A model generated the notes under the pieces. It ran no database searches and was not told where the DNA came from. It saw nothing but the letters and a program-made list of their open reading frames with translations. Below are positions 29,367-39,460 of a stretch of 64,000 bases of DNA, one piece after another. Source of the DNA: Ostreococcus lucimarinus. Lineage: Eukaryota. A program made the position numbers and the translations under genes. The DNA is taken from assembly GCA_000092065.1 (NCBI GenBank), contig CP000587.1. One strand, 5' to 3'. The stretch's first letter is position 1. The number at the start of each line of letters is the position of its first letter.

Positions 29367-29810
29367 TTAAAACCTCGGTGGTGCGAGCTCTTTCATCATG
29401 CGAATCATCTTGGGCGTCATGTCATTCGGTTTGACGTGAATGAATGACATCATCTTCTCCCTGTCAGCTTCCATTCTTGCGATTCGGGCCGCACTGTCGA
29501 CCCAGAGGTGTTCCCACACGCTCATGTCCTTGTCGAGTCCAAGCTCAGAGAGCGTCTTGGAATCCTCGAGCTCGACTCCTCCCGGGGCGCCACCGCGCTT
29601 GAGCATCTCCACCCTCTCACCGAGTTCTGCTTGCACTTTAGCCTTGACATCCTTCACGGTTTCCTCGGGCGCACAAAACACTCGAACCGTCCTTGCGCGC
29701 TCCAACGGTTTTCGCTCTTGCTGAAAGTGCGTCAGATACGGGTGCTTCGAATCCTCCTCAGCGGGGAGCGCGCTCACCCGAATCTTCACTTTGCCGTCCT
29801 CGCGCGCCAT
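29367..29810 (-). CDS. hypothetical small protein with ubiquitin-like fold
   Basis: 147 aa. ATG verified at 29808-29810. UBL-like core (KVKIRVSALP...VRVFCAPEETVKDVKAKVQ). Confidence 0.4.
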   Translation of the reverse strand: MAREDGKVKIRVSALPAEEDSKHPYLTHFQQERKPLERARTVRVFCAPEETVKDVKAKVQAELGERVEMLKRGGAPGGVELEDSKTLSELGLDKDMSVWEHLWVDSAARIARMEADREKMMSFIHVKPNDMTPKMIRMMKELAPPRF

Positions 29811-29918
29811 GGCCGCGTGAAATCGATTTTTATGCGTCGTCGTGTGCGCTTTTCACGGCCAGTGCGCGCTGAAACGCTCGCGAAACGTCTCGATTGTAAC
29901 GAACCTCACCAACCAACA

Positions 29919-30980
29919 ATGTCACATCGAAAAGTCGTCACCGCACGCCGCACGACCGCGCGCACCGCGATGACCGCGCGCGACGGTTTCGCCACTCCAC
30001 CCGGCGAGCTCAACGGTGACTGGTGCGCGGACGTCGTCAGCTCTCCGAGCACGTCCAGCGTGCGCCGCGCGCGCGATGAATCGACGAAAACGCGCGAGCA
30101 GTGGTTTCAGACGTTCGAGCAAACATTCATCTTTCGCGAAGGATACGGCGTCGCGGACGCGTTCGATTTCGATGACGTGCTGTACTTCGTGCGCGACGAC
30201 GATGAGGTGTTCGTCCGGCGGTGGAGCGAAGGGATGGTGATCGATATCGACGATGCAGCGTTCGTGGACGTGGACTGGCGCGCGACGACAAAGTTGAACG
30301 CGTGCGCGCAGAGCGCGTACGAAGTAGTCATAGGACAGTTTAGCGCGAAGGATAGGAGCGATTTGATGACGACGGCGCGTGTAAGGGCGTATGCGTCGCC
30401 GTTTTACACCGAATTGAACGAGCTCGCGATGCCGACGAAGAATGTGGGTAGGTATCCACTGTTGTGCTTTACGTTTGACGACGCGTTGACGTTGGACGCG
30501 GCGCGAGGGAATACGGCGTACGTGACACTGAAACGCACGGTCGGGAACGCGAGAGTTAAATATAGCGCGACATCGGCGTCGACGTCTCCGAGCGCATCGT
30601 CGTCGGCGATGATGGAGATGGATGGCGAAGAAGGTGCGGATGTTGTGTTTTCCACGCACGCCGCGCTCTCGGACGAGACGCCGACAAAGCTCGGCAGAGC
30701 GTTACTCGAAACGGTGACCAAATCGCCCAAGCGCGGGCGATTGGCATTACCTTCGCCGAAGAGAATCATAGCAAGCCCCGTGCGAGCGGTGCGTAAATTA
30801 TTAGGAACCCCGAAGACGCCGAAGGGCGGCGGCTCGCACGATCCCAGATCCGGCGTCGAGCTCTACCCGGCGGGCGACGGCAAATTCGCCGTCCGCTCGC
30901 TCCTCGCGCCGTGCGCTGACATCGTGTACGAGATCGCTTCGACGAGAAACGGCGCCCCTTTCGGTTCGGTGTTCGCGTAG
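29919..30980 (+). CDS. hypothetical protein (353 aa)
   Basis: ATG at 29919 inside ORF 29508..30980. No recognised domain. Ser/Pro/Lys-rich C-terminus. Confidence 0.4.
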   Translation: MSHRKVVTARRTTARTAMTARDGFATPPGELNGDWCADVVSSPSTSSVRRARDESTKTREQWFQTFEQTFIFREGYGVADAFDFDDVLYFVRDDDEVFVRRWSEGMVIDIDDAAFVDVDWRATTKLNACAQSAYEVVIGQFSAKDRSDLMTTARVRAYASPFYTELNELAMPTKNVGRYPLLCFTFDDALTLDAARGNTAYVTLKRTVGNARVKYSATSASTSPSASSSAMMEMDGEEGADVVFSTHAALSDETPTKLGRALLETVTKSPKRGRLALPSPKRIIASPVRAVRKLLGTPKTPKGGGSHDPRSGVELYPAGDGKFAVRSLLAPCADIVYEIASTRNGAPFGSVFA

Positions 30981-31063
30981 CGCACCAAAAATCACACCAA
31001 AAAGTCGAGTCAACTCAAAAACTGAAAAAGCGTCATAAACGCACGCCCGCGGACCGTTACGCG

Positions 31064-32110
31064 ATGTTCGGCCTCTCGCGTCCGCCGCCGCGCGCGAGCG
31101 CCCGAGCGCCTCCTCGCGCGTCGTTCGACTCGACGTTCGCGAAGGTGTTCGAGTCGCGCTGGCGTCGATCCGACATCTCGCGCGGCGCCTGGCGCTGGCG
31201 CGATGATTTGCGACTCGTCCTGTTGCGGCACGCGAAGTCGGATTGGTCCGACGACACGCTGCCCGATAAGCGACGCCCGCTCGCGGCGAAGGGCAGACGA
31301 CGCGCGATGCGGTGCGCGACGCGGTTGGACGAGCGCGCGTGGACGCCGGATTTGATACTGACGAGCGACGCGACGAGGTGCCTGGAAACGCTCGAGGCGA
31401 TGGGCGACGCGGTGGAGGCGTTTCGGACGGCGCCGGTGATATTAGTGCCGGACTTTTACGACAAGACGCACGGGGACGAAGGCGATGTGTCGCAGGCGAA
31501 GAGCGCCAAAGTGATCGGGAAACGCGTCGGAGTCGAGGTGGGACTGGGGACGATGCAACCGCGAACCGTGATGTGCGTGGGCCATAATTTCGGATTCGAG
31601 CTCGCCGCGCGCTCGTTTTGCGGGAGCGCGAACGTTGAATTGAAGACGGCGCACGCGGCTTTGCTCACGGCGAGAGGACCGGCGAGACGTGGAGAGCGAG
31701 CATTCAAGGTAATCGTCGCACCTTTGGACGACACTGCGCTCGCGTTTGAAGTGTGGAATCGCGAGCTACGAGGTTCGACGAGCGTGATGTTTTGCGTGTG
31801 CGACGTTGCGGTGTGCGCGGTTATCGACGATGCGCCGCCCGAACGCAATCATCACGATGATGCGTGGCAGCGCGCCTTTACCGACCACAAGTTTCGGCTC
31901 GAAGCGGTGTTGAATCCCGAAGAGCCGGAGAGCGCGTCGGAAATCATCAAACGCGTCGTCGAGCGTATGATTGAAGAGCTCATCGATAGCGATATGTCGT
32001 CGGAGGAAGTACTCGAGCGCGTCATCGCGCAAGCCGAAAGCGTCGAAGACGCTATGAGTCACCAATCGCGGGCGCTTGGAAGCGGCGATTTCGAAATCGA
32101 AGAGTGGTGA
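31064..32110 (+). CDS. histidine phosphatase superfamily (PGAM/SixA-like) protein
   Basis: LVLLRHAKSDW catalytic RHxxS motif. ATG at 31064. Confidence 0.65.
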   Translation: MFGLSRPPPRASARAPPRASFDSTFAKVFESRWRRSDISRGAWRWRDDLRLVLLRHAKSDWSDDTLPDKRRPLAAKGRRRAMRCATRLDERAWTPDLILTSDATRCLETLEAMGDAVEAFRTAPVILVPDFYDKTHGDEGDVSQAKSAKVIGKRVGVEVGLGTMQPRTVMCVGHNFGFELAARSFCGSANVELKTAHAALLTARGPARRGERAFKVIVAPLDDTALAFEVWNRELRGSTSVMFCVCDVAVCAVIDDAPPERNHHDDAWQRAFTDHKFRLEAVLNPEEPESASEIIKRVVERMIEELIDSDMSSEEVLERVIAQAESVEDAMSHQSRALGSGDFEIEEW

Positions 32111-32188
32111 TCAAGTGCCGATTCTTTATTCTTTATTCTTTACAAATGCAACTCAAGCATCAAGCCATTCTTTATCAATCTTATACGT

Positions 32189-33733
32189 CTAATCCTTCCC
32201 CTTACGTCGCGCAAACAGTGTTTTTTCCTCCGAACAATTCGAAAACAAGTGCTCGACGAACACATCATCGTACCCAGCATCACGACACTGCTCTATGCAC
32301 GTGTCGATTACCTTTAACCAATTTTCTCGGCGTTTGCAAAAGTTCTTCGTCGACATAACCAACCAAGACTCCTTCATCGAGCTGAATTTTGTGGAAAAGT
32401 CGAGTGCAATTCGCAAGCATGCCTCAGGGTGCATGTTTGCGTCGCATACGACTAATCGAAGCTCTCCACTTGCCGTCGATTGTAATCCTTCGCGCACGGT
32501 TTCCACAGCGTCTTCAGCGAGCACTCGCAAGTGCGTCATAGTGGTCGGAAACGGGTTGAGCGTAATCTCTGCCGGGTCGATCGCCCATACGCAACCGGTC
32601 GTCAAACGCTCGCTCAATACTTGCGTCCAACCGCCCGGAGCGGCACCGATGTCTACACAGTTCCAATCGCCTTCAATCGGCACGCGCCCGCGGAGCAACG
32701 CTTCATGAAGTTTGAAGTACGCGCGACACAATGGCTTAACCTCGACGCGATAGTCTTGGAGCTTTAACGGGAAGTAAAACGCCAAATCGTCCATCGACGC
32801 CTCGCCAGCCGGCGGCAATTGCGGGGCGTCTATTTCTGGTAGTACCTGCGTCGGCGCGCTCCCGGTCACCTCCATCGTCTCGTAAATCCCGCTCGTTTTC
32901 CACACTCCTACGTAAGCGCGATCCCATAAGTTAACCGCATCGATGCAATGCGTACAGTCGCGAGTCGTTATACCGCCGCCCAAAGGCTTGCACGCGAGTG
33001 TGTCCCCTCGCGCATCGATAATGCGATCCATGGCGTCGTGAAGTCTTCCTTCGAGCCAGCGCGGCGCGGCGCGCACTCGCGCGTACACCGGCTTCTCTCG
33101 CGTCGCCCCAGACTCTTCGACGCACGCATCGATACACTTCTCTAACCACGCATCCATAGCGCGAATCGCTTCGTCATCCCACTCCAACCCCTCGAACGTC
33201 CTACTCCAACCACCCTCTCGCGGAAACACGAACGTCCGCTTCGTCTTCGCCATCCCGTACGGTTCCTCTCTATACAGCGCTCGCATCGCTCCCGCCGCGC
33301 CGAGCGCGTCACTTTTTATACATATCAGCGCATCCGTGTGTCTCGACAATTTGATTCGCCCCGCCTTAACCACGGCTCGCGGACCTAAAATTCTTCGCGC
33401 GCGCTCGACGTGTCGCGCCGCCATCTCCATGTCCACCATCAAGCACACATCCATCTCCCACGCCTCGCACGGTTCGTGCCTGAGCCAGCAATCGCGCGCG
33501 TCGCCGCGGTCACAAAATCCGTACTTTTCAAACGTCTCGCATCGCGGGCGCGACGGCACGTCGAGGTGCGCGCGCTGACAGTTTGGAAAGTCACAACTCT
33601 TGTCCCGGAGCATGAAGAGTTTACACAGCTCGCGTCCGTCGCTCGCGCGCGGCGTCCGCGGTTTACCAGCCGGCGGACGTATGCCCGCGATGGCGGCGTC
33701 GACGTACCGCGCGTCGTCGCACGGGCGCGACAT
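32189..33733 (-). CDS. CCCH zinc finger + FtsJ/RrmJ-type 2'-O-ribose methyltransferase
   Basis: Two CCCH fingers (CKLFMLRDKSCDFPNCQRAH, CETFEKYGFCDRGDARDCWLRHE) and FtsJ motifs (CVDIGAAPGGWTQVL...VVCDA). Start uncertain: ORF reaches 33868, MSRPCDD at 33733 used. Confidence 0.55.
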   Translation of the reverse strand: MSRPCDDARYVDAAIAGIRPPAGKPRTPRASDGRELCKLFMLRDKSCDFPNCQRAHLDVPSRPRCETFEKYGFCDRGDARDCWLRHEPCEAWEMDVCLMVDMEMAARHVERARRILGPRAVVKAGRIKLSRHTDALICIKSDALGAAGAMRALYREEPYGMAKTKRTFVFPREGGWSRTFEGLEWDDEAIRAMDAWLEKCIDACVEESGATREKPVYARVRAAPRWLEGRLHDAMDRIIDARGDTLACKPLGGGITTRDCTHCIDAVNLWDRAYVGVWKTSGIYETMEVTGSAPTQVLPEIDAPQLPPAGEASMDDLAFYFPLKLQDYRVEVKPLCRAYFKLHEALLRGRVPIEGDWNCVDIGAAPGGWTQVLSERLTTGCVWAIDPAEITLNPFPTTMTHLRVLAEDAVETVREGLQSTASGELRLVVCDANMHPEACLRIALDFSTKFSSMKESWLVMSTKNFCKRRENWLKVIDTCIEQCRDAGYDDVFVEHLFSNCSEEKTLFARRKGKD

Positions 33734-34919
33734 CGCGCGCGACCGTGTGCGGCGGCGGCGGCGCCGGCCGCAAAAAGTGCGCTTCATCGCACCACCGCTC
33801 GGGACGGCGACCGCACAGCGCCGCGGCGGCATGGCGACGCGCGTCATCGCGCCCGGCGGTGCGCGCATTTATGCGCGACGCGCGCGCATCGCGCTCGTCG
33901 CGCGCGGCCGCGGCATCGCGCGATGCGCGGCGGTTGAAGATGAATCAGCGCTGAGCGCGAGCGCGAGTCCCGAGGCGTGCGCGCGGCGCGTGCGCGACGG
34001 CGACGCCACGCTGATTTGCGGCGAGGGCGACTTTTCCTTCGCGCTCGCGTTCGCCACGGCCGCGAGCGCGAACGCGCGCATCGTCGCCACTTCGCTCGCG
34101 GCGAGAGAGGAAGTCGTCGAGGCGTGGCGCGGCGGCGACAACGTGGACGCGCTGCGTAAGCGCCCGAACTGTCGAGTCGAACACGGCGTCGACGCGACGA
34201 CGCTCTCGACGACGTTCGCGAAAGAAACGTTCGATCGCGTGTTGTTTAATTTTCCGCACATTCCGGGGAAGGCGAAGATGGATAGGAATCGAGAGTTGTT
34301 GGCGGCGTATTTGCGCGAGGCGCTGCGCGTCGCGCCGAACGGCTTCGTGGAGTGCGCGTTGGCGCCCGGGCAAGGCGGAACGCTTGTGGACGGTGAAAAT
34401 AGGAGAGAGTATGGAAATTCATGGCAGTGTTACACGCACGGCGCGGAAAATGGCGCGTTGCTCGTGGAGGCGGTTCGGTTTGAAGACGCCGCGTGGCGCG
34501 CGCGAGGATACGAATCGCGCGGGCACTGGCGAGGCTTACGAGCGGAGCGCGGATTTCTCACCGAGGGCGGCGTCGTGCATGTATTTTGCGCTGAATCCCG
34601 CGCGCGCGAGCTTGGATTAGAGTGCGATCACTGCGTCCCGTTCACGCGCGACGTGAGCGTGTGGGCGAGCGCCGCCGACGACGATTCGGCTTTGACGGTT
34701 CGGCGCGCGTTCGAGCGCGCGTGCGGCGATTTCGACGCGCGCGTATCGAGCGTCGAACGCATCGATGAGTGGCGCGATGATAGCGGACGGACGAGCGAAA
34801 CGTTCCGAGTGGAGTACGCGTCGAGAACTATGGCTCTGACGCGAGCGCGCGTCAATGCGTGGAACGACGCGGCGCGAAACGCGCTCGGCGATCGACTGCG
34901 CGGGGTCGCCCCGACGTAA
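33612..34919 (+). CDS. FDXACB1-like protein: BMT5/DUF2431 rRNA methyltransferase domain + C-terminal ferredoxin-fold anticodon-binding (FDX-ACB) domain
   Basis: LICGEGDFSFA...LFNFPH (DUF2431) and C-terminal FDX-ACB-like region. First ATG at 33612; an alternative start at MATRVIAP (33831) is possible. Confidence 0.6.
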   Translation: MKSLHSSRPSLARGVRGLPAGGRMPAMAASTYRASSHGRDIARDRVRRRRRRPQKVRFIAPPLGTATAQRRGGMATRVIAPGGARIYARRARIALVARGRGIARCAAVEDESALSASASPEACARRVRDGDATLICGEGDFSFALAFATAASANARIVATSLAAREEVVEAWRGGDNVDALRKRPNCRVEHGVDATTLSTTFAKETFDRVLFNFPHIPGKAKMDRNRELLAAYLREALRVAPNGFVECALAPGQGGTLVDGENRREYGNSWQCYTHGAENGALLVEAVRFEDAAWRARGYESRGHWRGLRAERGFLTEGGVVHVFCAESRARELGLECDHCVPFTRDVSVWASAADDDSALTVRRAFERACGDFDARVSSVERIDEWRDDSGRTSETFRVEYASRTMALTRARVNAWNDAARNALGDRLRGVAPT

Positions 34920-34986
34920 CGTTCTTTCGTTGTACTATTTGTAACATTACCCCTTCTGTCCGGTCGTATTAATCCTCGAAGCACCT

Positions 34987-35811
34987 TCATCTCGCCACGA
35001 GCGTCGGCGGAGCCGGAAGCCGATACGAGTAGTCGCCTTCGAGGTCTAAATCTCTCCCCCCCTCGCCGCCGTTCCGCACGCGCACCACTTCAATCTCAAA
35101 CAGCAACGGACCGTCGCGATAATTTTCCATCCGCCTCTTCGCCGCGAACGTGTCCGGCTGCGGAAAAACGTCGTCGTCGACCCATCCCAAGTTTGGAGGC
35201 ACCAGAATTCGCCGTATCCCGCCCTTACGCATCCCCACCACGCACGGCGTGACCGCTCGCGGAAGCTTCGTCGCCCCCAGCGTCGCCGTCTCGAAATCTC
35301 CCACGTCGTCCCTCCCCTCGTAGCCGTATCCGCGACCGTACAACAGAATCGGCGTCCCGCCGCTCGAAAACTTAAAGTACGCCCCCGACGACAGTCTGTA
35401 CACCTTGAACGCGAAATCGACGCGCGACCCCGCGACGGCTTCCTCGCCCTCCTCGCCCGCGGCGTACTCGCGATACCGCAACCCGGATCGAAGCGTCGTC
35501 GTCGGCGCGTCGTCGTCGAGCTCGGCGTCCTTTTCGTCTCGCATCGCCTCCGCGCGTCGCATCGCCGCGACGCGCGCGTCGTACGTCTCCCTGCTTCTCG
35601 CCGTCGACGTCGGCGGCGGTTTCCCGAGTCCGTACGCCTCCGCGCGCGGCGTCTCGAGCGCGCGCGTCACCGCGACCGTCGCCGCCGTCGTCATCAACCG
35701 TCGCCTCGACGCGCCTTCGCTCGCGCGCGTCGCCGCGCGCGTCGCCGCGCGCGTCGTCGAGCGTCGCGTCGACGCGCCCGCGTTCGTCCGCGACGCCGCG
35801 CGCGTCCGCAT
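34987..35811 (-). CDS. FKBP-type peptidyl-prolyl cis-trans isomerase with N-terminal targeting peptide (likely plastid lumen)
   Basis: FKBP core ([19 protein letters not shown]...[20 protein letters not shown]). ATG verified at 35809-35811. Confidence 0.7.
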   Translation of the reverse strand: MRTRAASRTNAGASTRRSTTRAATRAATRASEGASRRRLMTTAATVAVTRALETPRAEAYGLGKPPPTSTARSRETYDARVAAMRRAEAMRDEKDAELDDDAPTTTLRSGLRYREYAAGEEGEEAVAGSRVDFAFKVYRLSSGAYFKFSSGGTPILLYGRGYGYEGRDDVGDFETATLGATKLPRAVTPCVVGMRKGGIRRILVPPNLGWVDDDVFPQPDTFAAKRRMENYRDGPLLFEIEVVRVRNGGEGGRDLDLEGDYSYRLPAPPTLVAR

Positions 35812-35907
35812 CGCCGCGCGTCGCGCGCCGTCGTCTCGCGCGCGATCGAATCGTCGCGATCGATCGACGCCATTCCGTCGCGCGCGCGCGGATTCGACGC
35901 TCGAGCG

Positions 35908-36189
35908 ATGGCGCTCCCGGCCAAGGCGGCGAACGCGAACCCGTCGCTGGTGCTGCCGTCCGAGCTCGTCGAGCGGTGCGTCGGGAGCCCGCTGTGGGTG
36001 CTCATGAAGAGCGAGCGAGAGTTGGTCGGGACGCTGCGAGGCTTCGACGTGTACGTCAACATGGTGCTCGAGGACGTCACGGAGTACGAGACGACGGCGG
36101 AGGGACGGCGGGTGACGGGGCGGTTGGATCAGATCCTGCTGAACGGGAACAACATCGCGATGCTGGTGCCGGGGGGGGGGCCGGAGTAG
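35908..36189 (+). CDS. LSM5: U6 snRNA-associated Sm-like protein LSm5
   Basis: Sm1/Sm2 motifs ([20 protein letters not shown]...[15 protein letters not shown]). ATG at 35908. Confidence 0.8.
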   Translation: MALPAKAANANPSLVLPSELVERCVGSPLWVLMKSERELVGTLRGFDVYVNMVLEDVTEYETTAEGRRVTGRLDQILLNGNNIAMLVPGGGPE

Positions 36190-36337
36190 GGACGGCGCGG
36201 CGGATCGCAAAGCGCGACGCGCGGAGTAGAGAAACGAACGGTAGATTTTAATCGGATGCGACGAGCGATCGATCGGATGCGTGGATTGGTTTCGTGACGA
36301 CGCGATGCGATGGCGTTACGCGGCGCGGTGTCGGACC

Positions 36338-39310
36338 TCAGGGGGGCGCGACGTCGGCGGCGAGCGGGACGCGCGCGCGGGCGTCGGACCAAATCGCGTC
36401 TGCGCTCTTGTTTGCCGCGGAATTTGATTTCCTGCACGCGACTTTGACTGTTTTTAGCCGCGCGTTGTTTCGATCGAACTCGCGCTCGACGCGTGTCGCG
36501 CGCGAGCGAATCGCCTCTAGAACCTTGAGCGCGGTGTCCACGCCGACGTTGGCCTCGCGCACTTCGCCCATGATGTCGCTCAGGCGTGTCTCCGCGGCTT
36601 CGAGCTGCGCTTTGAGCGAGCTCACCTTGCGTTCGCGACGCTCGGCGTTGCTCGTTTTCGTTTTGTGCTTGCGCTTGGCGATTTCCCACATGCGCAACGC
36701 CGCGGATTCCGCCGCCGACGCGTGCACGACTTTGTGCGACGTCATCGTCGCTTGCTCTTCTGTACTGAGCATTAAGCTCCGCATCTTGTTCTTGTTCGCT
36801 TCAATCTTTTCCAGTCGTTCGCGCTCGAACGGGGTCAGCACGTTCGTGATCTCGTCGCGCATCTTTTCCCACTCGACGCGTAAACCCGGGAAGTGCTTGC
36901 TGAGAATCTTTTGTTCCTTTTGCCGCCGCTCGCGACACGGTTCCCAGTTACACGGACACCCGAGTCCGTGAAGCTTACCACCGCTCTGAAGAAACTCATT
37001 TGTTCGTTCTTCTCTCTCACGGATCTCGCTGTACTCATCCACCCGCGTGCTTTGATTCGCCAGAGCGCCGTCGAGCGGCGTCAGAGACTCTTGCTCGTCG
37101 ACGGCTTCGACAGAGGATCCCGCGCGCGTTTCCGCAGCGTACACGCCGACGGGGCCTTTCGTGCCCTCAACTTTTGACGCAACTAAAACTGTATTTGTCT
37201 CCGCCTTGGCTACTGAAAACGCAGCGATTTCTGTCTTCGTCAGCGGAGTGCTGCAGCCCATCGGAAACGAATCGCGGCACTGCCAAACCTTGGATTTGCG
37301 CGCCTTTAACATTTGATCAAACGGAATCTCGCGCCATCGGTCGCAGACATCGCATGCGATCCAACTGTCGCGATAGTCTTCGCACGCCACTCGGTGAAGC
37401 CGGGTGGTGAGTTCGATGAACGGCGGGCTTTTCACGAATTTGCCGTCGACGGGAATGTTAAACTCGCCGGCGGCGTGGAATTCGTCGTGAAAGCGGCTAT
37501 AAATATCAGCCTGTTGCGGATGCGTTGGGGACACGATGCAAAACACACAAATCCCGAATCCTATCGGACAGTTCGAATAGTCTTTGAACTGCACCGCCTT
37601 GCGCCGCAGGTGAATGCGAGGAAAAGGCAGAAGGCGTTGGAAGTAGCTCGTGTCGGTAGAGTTTCGGCACACGAGGATGATGCCAGGGCAATGTTCCCAC
37701 TCCACTTCGTTGATCGCTCGATTGATAAACCGCCATTGCACCTGGGCTTCGTATGGAGGGTTCACCAAGACGTGATAACCTGCCCACGGGTTAGACATCT
37801 TCAGTCCATCGTCCTTCTTGTCGTAACATTTTTCTGCGGGAATGTTTGGCCTGAGATGCGAATTCGTGCACGGGTCGAGTAAACCTTTGATGAGCGGCGC
37901 TTCAATCGTAGGGAGATCGAGTCCAAACACTTTACACGCGCCGTGAACTATCCAATCTGGCGTTAATCCGACTTTCATCGACTCCAGCGCTTGTACATTT
38001 GCCTTGTTCGTCGCCTCGGCGTCCGACTCTTCGTCGCTCGACGAACTCGCATCCGATGTCGACCACGGATCGGACCATTCTTCAACTTCGGCCGCATCTG
38101 CGCACCGAAGCGCCTTCAGCGCGCTCCCACGTGATTTTCGTCTCGATGCGGACTCGTTATACCATAGTAGCATACCTTCGCGGTACGAAGATTGCCTTTG
38201 GGCGTCGTACGGCGCTAAATCTTCCTTGGACGCCCACTCAAAGCAGTTGCTACCGAATAACTTGACGAGAGCCAAACTGCCCTCGGGTTTGATGTCAAGA
38301 AGATCGTACGCGTTTGCGCACTGTCGAAGCTTCCACGTGCGACCGGGCCACCACTGTCCTTTGTGGGTCGAGCGCAATCGCACCCAAACAATCATACCGG
38401 GTGGGAATTCCGTCAACTCGGCGTCTCGGCGCTTGATAAAACGCGAATCCGGCCGGCGCTCTCGCCTGGGCTTTTGTGTGTTCGCCGCTCCACTCTGCAC
38501 CGATGACGGTGTCGTCGTCGCGGCCTTTTTCGGCGTCTTCGTGACTTTTTTAGTGTATTTGCTCTTAGGAGCGAGCGAGCCAGCGGAGCTCTGGTCCGGT
38601 ATCGGCGTCATCGGCGCCGGCGTCGCCGGCTCATCTACTACGCAGTCGGTCGATCCCGCCGCGCGCGCGCCAACTTTATCCTTTATCGTTGCCGGCGCGC
38701 TCCTCGTCGCCTCGTCCCCATCCATCGCCGGGACATCGACGCTCAACCCCATCGTCCTCGTCTTCGCCGGCGCCCGCCCCCCGCGCGGCGTCTCCCCAAC
38801 CGTCGCCGGCGCCGACTTTTCCATCCGTTTCGATCCCGCGTCCGACCTCTCCGCGCCGACCGCGATCGCTCGCGCCCTCATTTCTCCGCCCACCGCCGCC
38901 TCGCCGCGTCCATCACCCCCCCCCCGCGCCCGCTTCGTTCCGCTCGGCGTTCGCTCGCCGCGCTCGCGCTCGGCGCGTCGCCGCCTGCACGCTCGACTCT
39001 GCGCGTTCTTCTTCGCCCTCGCCAGCTCCCGCGCCGTCGCGCCGTCGTCATCGCGCGTCGTCGTCGTCACCGCGACCGCGTCGTCGTCGTCGCGCGTCCG
39101 CGCGCGCCCTCCCGAGCGCACGGCGACGCGCTGCGTCGGCCAGTGGAGGCGAAACGCGCGCGAGGGCGCGACGCCATCGGCGTCGTCGCGCGGCGCGCGC
39201 GCGCCCGCGGGCGGTCTCGACGCGCGAGACGCGCGGCCGTTGAGCTCGGCGTTGAGCGCGCGCGCGAGTTCGACGCTCGCGAGGTCGTCGGGCGACGCGC
39301 GCGCGGACAT
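36338..39310 (-). CDS. chromatin-reader/methyltransferase-like protein: PWWP domain + NPPY-motif N6-adenine MTase-like core + CW-type zinc finger + C-terminal coiled coil
   Basis: PWWP (MIVWVRLRSTHKGQWWPGRTWKL), YHVLVNPPYEAQ (MTase motif IV-like), CW finger (WIACDVCDRWREIPF...WQC). First codon in the track is TTG; first ATG (MSARASPDD) about 39310. Confidence 0.55.
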   Translation of the reverse strand: MSARASPDDLASVELARALNAELNGRASRASRPPAGARAPRDDADGVAPSRAFRLHWPTQRVAVRSGGRARTRDDDDAVAVTTTTRDDDGATARELARAKKNAQSRACRRRRAERERGERTPSGTKRARGGGDGRGEAAVGGEMRARAIAVGAERSDAGSKRMEKSAPATVGETPRGGRAPAKTRTMGLSVDVPAMDGDEATRSAPATIKDKVGARAAGSTDCVVDEPATPAPMTPIPDQSSAGSLAPKSKYTKKVTKTPKKAATTTPSSVQSGAANTQKPRRERRPDSRFIKRRDAELTEFPPGMIVWVRLRSTHKGQWWPGRTWKLRQCANAYDLLDIKPEGSLALVKLFGSNCFEWASKEDLAPYDAQRQSSYREGMLLWYNESASRRKSRGSALKALRCADAAEVEEWSDPWSTSDASSSSDEESDAEATNKANVQALESMKVGLTPDWIVHGACKVFGLDLPTIEAPLIKGLLDPCTNSHLRPNIPAEKCYDKKDDGLKMSNPWAGYHVLVNPPYEAQVQWRFINRAINEVEWEHCPGIILVCRNSTDTSYFQRLLPFPRIHLRRKAVQFKDYSNCPIGFGICVFCIVSPTHPQQADIYSRFHDEFHAAGEFNIPVDGKFVKSPPFIELTTRLHRVACEDYRDSWIACDVCDRWREIPFDQMLKARKSKVWQCRDSFPMGCSTPLTKTEIAAFSVAKAETNTVLVASKVEGTKGPVGVYAAETRAGSSVEAVDEQESLTPLDGALANQSTRVDEYSEIREREERTNEFLQSGGKLHGLGCPCNWEPCRERRQKEQKILSKHFPGLRVEWEKMRDEITNVLTPFERERLEKIEANKNKMRSLMLSTEEQATMTSHKVVHASAAESAALRMWEIAKRKHKTKTSNAERRERKVSSLKAQLEAAETRLSDIMGEVREANVGVDTALKVLEAIRSRATRVEREFDRNNARLKTVKVACRKSNSAANKSADAIWSDARARVPLAADVAPP

Positions 39311-39460
39311 TCGCGCGCCGATGTGCGCCACGTCAGCGCGAGGCGACGAGTGGATGACGGAGGACGGCGCTCGAAAGTGTGGTGAAAAATACAACGCGCG
39401 CGGAGGTTCGAGCGCGTGATGCGGTGGTGTCGGCGCGCGAGCGAGCGCGCGGTGGGATGA

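Noticed and set aside
38004-39419. 471-aa plus ORF antisense to the PWWP/MTase gene
   Set aside because: Ser/Ala/Arg/Pro-rich, no domains.
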